Assembly (NCBI GenBank): GCA_963797095.1
Contig: CAWCNY010000008.1
Span: 1-64,000, forward strand
Direction: 5' to 3'
Length of the DNA: 64,000 bases
Source of the DNA: an uncultured Chloroflexia bacterium
GTDB taxonomy: Bacteria > Chloroflexota > Chloroflexia > QHBQ01 > JADMIH01
Positions 40,847-48,561 of the stretch are shown here, in pieces (position 1 is the stretch's first letter; every line of letters begins with the position of its first letter). The position numbers and the translations under genes were made by a program. The notes beneath the pieces are model-generated. The model made no database searches, was not told the DNA's origin, and saw nothing but the letters and a program-made list of their open reading frames with translations.

Positions 40847-41479
40847 CTACCCATCCTTTTCCCTTTCCCTTTTGACCCGGAAGCGCGTGTGCGTCACGTC
40901 AGGAGCCAGCACCGCCACAGTGCGCTCCAGCTTGATCGGCTCGACCCCCAGGTATTCAAACAGGCGGATGCCCCGGCCTAGCAACACCGGCACCAGGTCT
41001 ATCTCGATCTCGTCGACAAGGCCTGCCTTGAGCGCCTGCTGTGCTACGTTGGCGCCACCCACGATCACCGTCTTTTCACCGGCCACCTTTTTCGCCTGCT
41101 CTATCGCGCTCTCTACACCGCCGGTACCATCGGAGGCATCAGTGACAAAGGTGAAAGGCGCGTCGCGGGGCCAGCCGTCGGGGAGTTCAGGCAGGCTGTG
41201 GCTGACAACGAAGGTCGGCACGTTGAGTGGATGGCTGCCGCCCCAGCCGTGGGCCAGGTCGAACATGCGCCGGCCGGTCACAAACGCGCCCACCATCTGC
41301 CACAGGTCGCGCAACACCATCGCGGTGGGGGGCGAAACATGTACAGTCATCTTGCCGTTTGGAAGGACGACCTCCGTGTCGCCGGTATCGAACCAATCGA
41401 ACAGCCCCTCGGTGCTGTCGTCGGGGTTGGCGATAAAGCCATCGAGGGACATCGTGAAGCCCGCCAAAACAGTCGCCAT
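40847..41479 (-). CDS. Dihydrofolate reductase / RibD C-terminal family protein
   Basis: MSLDGFIA, GRRMFD, AGLVDEI..PVLLGRGIRLF. Confidence 0.88.
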   Translation of the reverse strand: MATVLAGFTMSLDGFIANPDDSTEGLFDWFDTGDTEVVLPNGKMTVHVSPPTAMVLRDLWQMVGAFVTGRRMFDLAHGWGGSHPLNVPTFVVSHSLPELPDGWPRDAPFTFVTDASDGTGGVESAIEQAKKVAGEKTVIVGGANVAQQALKAGLVDEIEIDLVPVLLGRGIRLFEYLGVEPIKLERTVAVLAPDVTHTRFRVKREREKDG

Positions 41480-41550
41480 AGTGCTAAACCTCCCGTACTA
41501 GACGCATTCTTTGAACAACTGAGTAAGCTTGCTCACCTTGGTCACCTTGC

Positions 41551-42285
41551 TTACGCAATTCTTATCAGCTCCGCTCGGTCGTTGGCAGGATTGTTCACGC
41601 CTCGCCCAACCCGGTATGCGCTGATCTGGGTGTCAGGGTAAGGTCGGAGCAGGCTCAAGAGCCGTTCTGTCTCGTTCATGCCGGGATCGAGCCAGAGTTG
41701 CTCATCTTCCCTCGAAAGGATCACAGGCATCCTCTCATGCAGAGCGCGTATTCTTGGGCTCGCCTCGGTGGTGATGATAGTATAGGTCAGCAGCCGCTCA
41801 CCGTACGGTCCCTTCCACACGTCGTATAGCCCGGCCAGCGCCATTATCCGGTTCTCGTCCTTGTTGTCACCGCGGTTGCCACCAGTTATCTGCACGCGGT
41901 AAGGTTGCTTTCCCCCGGCGCCGCTAGAGGCAGCCCACTCAAAGTAGCCGGTGGCGGGCACCAGGCAGCGCTTGCCGGTGAGCAGCTTGCGAAACGCGGG
42001 CTTCTGGGTGATGGTTTCGGCTCTCGCGTTTATCGTGGAAAAGCTTGTCCTCGCCTCCTTAGCCCAGCCAGGCACCAGTCCCCACTTCATCAGGGCCAGG
42101 CGCTTCTCCTGGTCATCAGCGGTCACACCCCTCACGACCACCGGACTTAGCTGGCTGGGAGCGATGTTGTATCTCGGTTGCCACGCTCCCAGGCCCTGGG
42201 CGACCTGTCCCGCTTGCTCCGCGGCGACACCAAACCTCGCCGCCAGTGCTTGTCCAATGACTACCAGATCGTACCTTCCGCACAT
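41551..42285 (-). CDS. SOS-response-associated peptidase (SRAP), copy C, intact
   Basis: MCGRY, RYNIAPSQ, INARAET, GYFEW, LHERMPVIL. Confidence 0.92.
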   Translation of the reverse strand: MCGRYDLVVIGQALAARFGVAAEQAGQVAQGLGAWQPRYNIAPSQLSPVVVRGVTADDQEKRLALMKWGLVPGWAKEARTSFSTINARAETITQKPAFRKLLTGKRCLVPATGYFEWAASSGAGGKQPYRVQITGGNRGDNKDENRIMALAGLYDVWKGPYGERLLTYTIITTEASPRIRALHERMPVILSREDEQLWLDPGMNETERLLSLLRPYPDTQISAYRVGRGVNNPANDRAELIRIA

Positions 42286-42331
42286 AACACACCTCCCGGT
42301 TCGCAAGTATCTTCACTATTCTCGCACTCCG

Positions 42332-42350
42332 ATTATAGAACAAATGAGCT
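42332..42350 (-). promoter_or_regulatory. SRAP -10 box abutting a LexA-like site
   Basis: TATAAT on the minus strand next to AGAAC-AAAT-GAGCT, an imperfect GAAC-N4-GTTC. Confidence 0.45.
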
Positions 42351-42430
42351 AGGAATGCAAGTACAGGGCACCTCAGTTCTGTGCGCCGGTGTATGCTTGA
42401 GCTCTGCGACCTGCCGCGCCAAGTTCTGCG

Positions 42431-42467
42431 TTGACAGGGGGTAAGGAATGTGCCACCATATCCATAC
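42431..42467 (+). promoter_or_regulatory. AbrB-type promoter/operator upstream of the pRiA4b gene, copy C
   Basis: TTGACA-N4-GTAAGGA-N13-TCCATAC. Confidence 0.6.
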
Positions 42468-42717
42468 TCATAAACATCTCATCTTGCCGCGACCTGAACG
42501 TTCGACGGCACTCTACCGGCGGGAGGGTATTCCGTTCGAATGAAGCACATTGTCCCCACGATCTCCAGCAAGGGGCAGGTTGCGGTCTCTGCTGAGGTGG
42601 GCAGGCACCTTCGAGCAGGGTGCGGCTCCGGGTGAGGGAGACGTAAGCGGCAGGGTCCCGGCTATTTCGGCCCGCGCCATTCCGAAAGGGCTTTCGCCCA
42701 GACAAGGAGGAAAATGC

Positions 42718-43599
42718 ATGGTAAAGAAGCTGACAATTGAGCTACCCGACGACATCCACGCGTCGATGCTCGTGCTGTCCCAGGTCACGGGGCAATCTCC
42801 CGAGGAGATGGCCGCTGAATGGGTGACCATGGCGGTGACCGCTGTCACGGGCAAGCCGCTGCAGATTGCGAAGAGCATGGGGATGGGCAGCCCACTGGGA
42901 ACACCCCTGGACATGCCGCTGGGAAACCCATTGGGAAACCCATTGGGAATGCTGCTGGGATTCGACCCGTATGATAAGCCGGGCACGAGGGCCGGAAAGC
43001 GGTCGCAGGCAAAGGGTACGCTGCCCGCTCCAAACAAAGAAGCGGCCAAAGCGATCTACCAGCTAAAGGTCACCCTCAAAGATAGTAAGCCTCCCATCTG
43101 GCGCAGGATCCAGGTGCCGGGAAGCATAACGCTGGTCAAGCTGCACCCGGTGCTGCAGGTGGTGATGGGTTGGGAGGATTACCATCTGCACCAGTACATC
43201 GTGGACGGCGTCTACTACGGCACCAAAGACCCGGAGTTTGAGGTGATAGGCAGCGAAACGGTGAACGAGCGGGGCGTGAAGCTCTACCAGATAGCGCCCG
43301 ATGTGGGCTCGCGCTTCGTGTACGAGTACGACTTCGGGGACGGTTGGCAGCACCAGGTTGTGGTGGAGAAACTGCTGCCCGCCACAGCAGGAGCGACCTA
43401 CCCTGTGTGCATCACAGGCAAGCGTGCCTGCCCGCCGGAGGACGTGGGCGGCGTGTGGGGCTACGGCGATTTTCTCCAGGTGATCCGAGACCCCTCCCAC
43501 CCGGAGCACGATGAGATGCTTGAATGGGCTGGCGGCGACTTCGACCCTGAGGCGTTCGACATGGAGGAAGTCAACGATGCGTTGAAGAGGGTGCGGTAA
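42718..43599 (+). CDS. pRiA4b ORF3-family protein with an RHH-like N-terminus, copy C
   Basis: Same length and motifs as 8233-9114. Confidence 0.88.
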   Translation: MVKKLTIELPDDIHASMLVLSQVTGQSPEEMAAEWVTMAVTAVTGKPLQIAKSMGMGSPLGTPLDMPLGNPLGNPLGMLLGFDPYDKPGTRAGKRSQAKGTLPAPNKEAAKAIYQLKVTLKDSKPPIWRRIQVPGSITLVKLHPVLQVVMGWEDYHLHQYIVDGVYYGTKDPEFEVIGSETVNERGVKLYQIAPDVGSRFVYEYDFGDGWQHQVVVEKLLPATAGATYPVCITGKRACPPEDVGGVWGYGDFLQVIRDPSHPEHDEMLEWAGGDFDPEAFDMEEVNDALKRVR

Positions 43600-43733
43600 T
43601 CCCGAACAGACGCGGGCGACGTACAGGCAAGGCACCGCAATGTCACTGTCACAGTGCTCCTTTGTAGAGGGTAAGGAGGCGTGCTATACTGAGACTGAGA
43701 GGTAAGAGGAAGAGGGTCCGGACGGAACTTGGA

Positions 43734-44414
43734 ATGCGACTGAAGCGGCCCTCTGAGATCTCAGGAGCAGGAGAAACTAGGGTGGCAAAGATAGCAGTCG
43801 ATAGCCCCACACAAACGATACACCTTGCCACGACTGACGGTGCGGTCATCGAAGGCTCGGAGGCGCTCCAGGGTACGTGGACGGTGGAGCAGTATCTGCG
43901 TCTCACCGACCACGCTAACCGCCTTTTCGAGTTCGCCGATGGAGAGCTGGAGCTATTAACTATGCCTACGGATAGGCACCAGGTTATTATTGCACTCTTA
44001 TATCGTGTACTCTTCCCTTACATGGAACGAATAGGCGGAGTGGTGCTGTTTGCTGCCCTGCGCCTTCAAATCCGAGAGGGCAAGTTCCGAGAGCCTGACC
44101 TGATGCTTCTGCTCGATGCAAACGACCCGCGCAGAGAGAACCGCTACTGGCTCGGAGCCGACCTGGTAGTTGAGGTCGTAAGTGAAGACGATCCTGAGCG
44201 CGACACGGTAGTGAAGCGAGCCGACTACGCAGAGGGTCGCATACCTGAGTACTGGATTGTGAACCCTATAGACGAAACGGTAACTGTGCTCCAGTTGGCG
44301 GAAGAGAAGGAAGGGTACACGGAGCATGGAGTATTCCGGCGGGGTGAGGCGGCCACCTCCGCGTTGCTGCCGGAGATCGGCGTGCAGGTAAACGCCGTCT
44401 TTGATGCCCACTAA
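43734..44414 (+). CDS. Uma2 family endonuclease (probable start 43782)
   Basis: REPDL, DLVVEVVSED, YAEGRIPEYWIVNP. Confidence 0.9.
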   Translation: MRLKRPSEISGAGETRVAKIAVDSPTQTIHLATTDGAVIEGSEALQGTWTVEQYLRLTDHANRLFEFADGELELLTMPTDRHQVIIALLYRVLFPYMERIGGVVLFAALRLQIREGKFREPDLMLLLDANDPRRENRYWLGADLVVEVVSEDDPERDTVVKRADYAEGRIPEYWIVNPIDETVTVLQLAEEKEGYTEHGVFRRGEAATSALLPEIGVQVNAVFDAH

Positions 44415-44475
44415 ATGGGAGGATAAAGCAGAAGCTCCTGAGCAACAGACTGTGCCGTGCCATTACAGACATGTC

Positions 44476-44565
44476 GAGATGGCAAGAGATGGCAAGAGAT
44501 GGCAAGAGATGGCAAGAGATGGCAAGAGATGGCAAGAGATGGCAAGAGATGGCAAGAGATGGCAA
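44476..44565. repeat. 10-bp tandem repeat x9
   Basis: GAGATGGCAA x9. Confidence 0.95.
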
Positions 44566-44688
44566 GTGCGGCTCATGCAATGTGACCGCCGGAATCTGCG
44601 CCGGAGTTGTGGTCGTATGTCTACGGCGAGTCCCTCAGCAGGCGGCAACAGGGATGCCGCAAACGAATATATGTTCTGATCAACGAGC

Positions 44689-44724
44689 CCTTATTATACT
44701 TTTCGCCCCAGAAGTATAATAAGG
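44689..44724. other. Conserved palindromic site, copy C
   Basis: CCTTATTATAC-N14-GTATAATAAGG; preceded by CGAATATATGTTCT (LexA-like). Confidence 0.85.
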
Positions 44725-44821
44725 AGGCGGGCAATGATACACGGGTACAACAATGTACCCTCTCCGACAGGTTCCTCCCCCGTCTTCATCTTGCAGTCGT
44801 AAATCAATTCGTCCCCTGCCC

Positions 44822-44958
44822 CTCACTGAGCAGAGCATCCATCCTGTCGGTGGCATCACGCTGCAGCGCCTCCTGGAATAGGCGGAAGGCGTTACGAGGG
44901 TCAAGCGATGTGCCGATTGTGGAGGTGAAGACCAGCCCGCTTTCCTTTCAGCGTGTGC
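44822..44958 (-). pseudogene. Integrase 3' remnant, copy C, catalytic block deleted
   Basis: SGLVFTSTIGTSLDPRNAFRLFQEALQ joined directly to RDATDRMDALLSE. Confidence 0.85.
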
Positions 44959-45388
44959 AGATGTGGAAGCCCTGGAAGTTCCTCCCACATCCAGTGTCCG
45001 ATGGATTTGGAAGGCAGCGGAAGCAGTTCGACCAGGCAGGTGCCTCCGTCTGCTCTCCCCAGTGAGTGCCGTTGGTAGTCCAACACAGCTTGGGGAGTGC
45101 TCGAAGCTCCAGCACCATACGCCTCGGTAGAGGTCGCAGCAAGCAGGATGCGGATCAACCTGCCCCAGGTCTTTTGGGTTTTTCGCCAATCAGTTAGGAT
45201 AAGTTCTTCGAGCTCTGGCCGCCCCAATCGGTTCCACTTGATGATTCGAGCAGCGTTGTCTTCTACTGTCTCCGCACCGCCTCCCTCGATACCAACGAAC
45301 CGATATTGGCCGGCATAAGTGCCGTAGCCATAGAAGGTTTCGGCGTATTCGGCGAGGAGTTGAAGATCGAGGAGATCTTTCATGATGT
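44959..45388 (-). pseudogene. Conserved hypothetical protein (FYGYG..G.EGGG family), truncated
   Basis: FYGYG..FVGIEGGG, TWGRLIRILL, LVELLPLPS; runs into the integrase remnant. Confidence 0.55.
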
Positions 45389-45665
45389 TCTTTCCCATAA
45401 CAGAGGCCGGCACCGATCTGCTAGCCATCCAAGGGTTTGGTCGTTGATGCCGCGAGAAGCAGGACACCGCGATGGCAAGCCGCGAAATGCTGGGGATCAA
45501 CGCCCGGAACGGCGGCCGAGCTTTAGCGTTATCATGCCGTGAGTTGAGGTTTTACCCTCTCCCTAAACGCCATTGGGTTGTGCCCCGAGGTTTCATAGAT
45601 TCTCCACAGCTCACTGCCTGCGGTGTCCCATTGACCGTGACATGATTTTTGCCGCCTGTATTTCT

Positions 45666-46109
45666 CGAAGTGTTCGAAAACTTCGTGGTTACCGCACTCC
45701 GGGAGGCGCTGGAGTTGAGTGAGGAGCGTTCCCGCAGGGAGCGAGAGGTAAACACCTCACACTTGATAAGGCTGGCTGGGTGGACCTGAGACCGGACATC
45801 TCCTGGTGGGAAGGGGGCCGGTGCCCGTTCGTGGGAGATGTAAAGTACGAGAAAATAAATGTCAAGGGTATTAAGCACCCTGACCTATACCAGTTGCTGG
45901 CGTATACTGTAGCAGTAGGGCTGCACGGTGGCCTGCTCATTTATGCAGATGGGGAAGGCTTTCCGGTGAAGCACGAGGTGGTGAGGCTAAACAAGGAACT
46001 TGTGGTGAGGACGCTAGATTTGCGCGGCTCCTCTGGAGAAATTCTGGCGCAGATTGAGGAGGTTGGGGAGGTAGTTCGCGACCAGCGAGAAGCAACCCTG
46101 AGGCAGTAG
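45666..46109 (+). pseudogene. mcrC: McrC-family restriction subunit, C-terminal remnant
   Basis: VFENFV, LRPDI, GDVKYE, DLYQLLAY, GLLIYA; 5' part and mcrB absent. Confidence 0.75.
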
Positions 46110-46215
46110 CTGCATCCAAAGGGGTCAATAACATTCGCCGGGGCGGGCCCTTATGACACAGGCAACATGGCCGAGGTGCAGTACAGCGTGGCCTGCTACG
46201 GAGATCCCTACGAAC

Positions 46216-47028
46216 ATGCACGAGGAACTCGATAGACGAGTATACGCACTTGCCAGGGGCTATCTTCTCAGCCAAGAAGGTATGTCTGACGAATTGCTCG
46301 ACCGGCATGTGCGCCCATCTCCGGACGACCGAAAGTCTTTGACTTTGGCTGTAGTCTATGAGCGATTGCTGAGATCTGCGCAGAGCGCGCAAAGCATGCC
46401 GAACGTGATCGGAGGGTCGATCGGCGGCATAGTGAGATTGGGCACAGTTCTTTCCGGGTTCGACCCGGCAGTGGTTGCCGAGAAATATCCGCGGAGTGAG
46501 GTGGATTGCAAGCGGCTCTTCGACGACATCACAGGGCAGCTGGAACCCAGGGGCAAGCTCAACTACAACCCGCGCAGCCTGTGGAGGCGCTTTTGCGGCA
46601 CGGTCACCTCGGGTGCTGCTTTTCTCGCGGAGTTTCATGATGCGCAGACATTTTATGCGTGGGTCGAGCCATTCGACCTGGACGAGGACAAGCGCATAGA
46701 GGTAGCAACAAATATCGCCCGCCAGATAGACGGTATAGGATTCGCACTGGCGTGTGACTTCCTCAAAGAGGTGGGCTTTACCAACTTCGGCAAGCCGGAC
46801 GTGCACATCAAGGAGATATTCTCGCAGCTAGGGTTGAGCCGGTCGAAAGACGATATTGAGGTATTCAAGGCCGCTGGCAGGATAGCCCGAAACGTAGGCG
46901 TTACGCCCTATGAGGTAGACCAGCTATTCTGGTTGGTGGGTAGTGGGGATCTCAATTTTGCCGGGCGTCGAATTGCCAACAGCCGAGCCGAGTTTCTCGT
47001 CTATGCCCGCAAGGGGCTGGAGATTTGA
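46216..47028 (+). CDS. Hypothetical protein with an HhH-GPD/DNA-glycosylase-like signature
   Basis: IDGIGFALACDFLKEVG..KPDVHIKEIF..YEVDQLFW. Confidence 0.6.
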   Translation: MHEELDRRVYALARGYLLSQEGMSDELLDRHVRPSPDDRKSLTLAVVYERLLRSAQSAQSMPNVIGGSIGGIVRLGTVLSGFDPAVVAEKYPRSEVDCKRLFDDITGQLEPRGKLNYNPRSLWRRFCGTVTSGAAFLAEFHDAQTFYAWVEPFDLDEDKRIEVATNIARQIDGIGFALACDFLKEVGFTNFGKPDVHIKEIFSQLGLSRSKDDIEVFKAAGRIARNVGVTPYEVDQLFWLVGSGDLNFAGRRIANSRAEFLVYARKGLEI

Positions 47029-48137
47029 CACTGATGCCTATGCACGAGCCGACACAAGAAAGAGAATATGCAAACTCGGCGGCCACGGATAGTAGCGCGG
47101 TCCTGCCGGTCCGAGAAGTAGTAGCAATTGTGCAGGAGTGGGTGGACCTCCATGCACGCCACCTGCCGGACTTTGCAGGCGCTTACCTGTGGGCCGGGAT
47201 TACTGCACTGCCGCCCGATGCACCGTTTCCGTTGTATCGTGATGTCGATGTAGTGGTGGTGCTGCCGGAAGGGGCGCAAGACGACACCGTAGAGGTCTTT
47301 TACCGGGACGTCATGCTGGAGGTCATCTCCCTAGACCTCAAAGCCCATCAGGATGCTGAAGCTATTCTTTCAAACCCCAGCCACGGCCCCAACATGGCCA
47401 CCACGCAAATCCTGGCCGACCCTACCGGCATTCTCACGCCTTTGCAACGGAAAGTCGCCGCGGACTATGGCCGTCGCCGCTGGATATTGGCACGCTGCGA
47501 GAAGGAAAAGGTATCAGCAGAGAAGCACCTCGCTGCTATGCGAGTAGCATCAACTCCACAGGAACGCCTCGATTCTGTGTGGGCATTTCTCAGCGCGCTC
47601 AGCGGACTGCTCGCGGTGGCTCAACTCAAGCGCCCTACCACCCGGCGCACGCTGGCTCTCTTTGGCGAACTGCTCGATGAACAAGGTAGGTCTGACCTTC
47701 ACGAAGCAGCGCTCACTCTGTTCGGGTCGGCACACATAAGCCGAGAGGATGTCCAGGCAATGCTCGACCGGAGCGTGGGTGCCTTTGACCGCTCAGTGGA
47801 GGTCTACAAGACGCTCACACCGTATGGGTTCACGATCCGTCCGCATCTACGGCCCTACCTTTCCGAAGCGAGTCAGGAGATGATCGACGAAGGCAATCAC
47901 CGCGAGGCGATGTTCTGGATCACGGCGCTGGCAGGCGAGTCTTATCTCGTGCTGCAAAACGATGCACCCGATGCGGAGAAATCGGGGTTCACGGCGGAGT
48001 TGCATACTATGCACGCCTCTCTGGGGTATGCGGACGTATCAGATGACGCGTGGGCAGAGCGAGTAGCGTCTGCCGAACATCTGGCACAGGAGATCTACCG
48101 CATGGCCGACGCGCTCGCTGCTCTCAGACCGGAATAG
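47025..48137 (+). CDS. Hypothetical protein, nucleotidyltransferase-like
   Basis: GAYLWAG..RDVDVVVV, ILADPTG. Confidence 0.6.
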   Translation: MTLMPMHEPTQEREYANSAATDSSAVLPVREVVAIVQEWVDLHARHLPDFAGAYLWAGITALPPDAPFPLYRDVDVVVVLPEGAQDDTVEVFYRDVMLEVISLDLKAHQDAEAILSNPSHGPNMATTQILADPTGILTPLQRKVAADYGRRRWILARCEKEKVSAEKHLAAMRVASTPQERLDSVWAFLSALSGLLAVAQLKRPTTRRTLALFGELLDEQGRSDLHEAALTLFGSAHISREDVQAMLDRSVGAFDRSVEVYKTLTPYGFTIRPHLRPYLSEASQEMIDEGNHREAMFWITALAGESYLVLQNDAPDAEKSGFTAELHTMHASLGYADVSDDAWAERVASAEHLAQEIYRMADALAALRPE

Positions 48138-48163
48138 GGGTGACCCTGGGGTCCGCAGGGTAA

Positions 48164-48472
48164 TTACTCAGCAAACTGCGGTTCGTTGTCGCCCAGTTGC
48201 TCTCGCATCCAAACTGCCAACCCTTCCTCCAGGGCCAGCAGCATTTGATCCAGAGTTGCATACTCGCTCTGTTCCTGCCCCTCCCAGACCATCCCACCGG
48301 TATCCAGCGCCCTGACAAACGAGCGACTGTAATCGTCTTCTCCGATCTCAATCCAACCAAGGGTTTTCACCCAGCGATTGATGTGTGGGTAAGACTTCTC
48401 GAAAGACTGTTCGAATGGCTTGCGCTTCTTAGGTTGCATGGGCACCTTGGGCTGCTCGGTCGGAGCCTGCAT
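48164..48472 (-). CDS. Small acidic hypothetical protein, paralog of 30375-30629
   Basis: Shared GWIEIGEDDYSRSFVRALD.GGMVWEGQEQSE. Confidence 0.75.
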   Translation of the reverse strand: MQAPTEQPKVPMQPKKRKPFEQSFEKSYPHINRWVKTLGWIEIGEDDYSRSFVRALDTGGMVWEGQEQSEYATLDQMLLALEEGLAVWMREQLGDNEPQFAE

Positions 48473-48561
48473 CCGCTGACCGGAACTAAATGTACGGCAA
48501 TTGGTTCTGCATTTCGTCTGCTGTCAGATTATTGATTATGATCAGCCGCCTGCGCATAACC

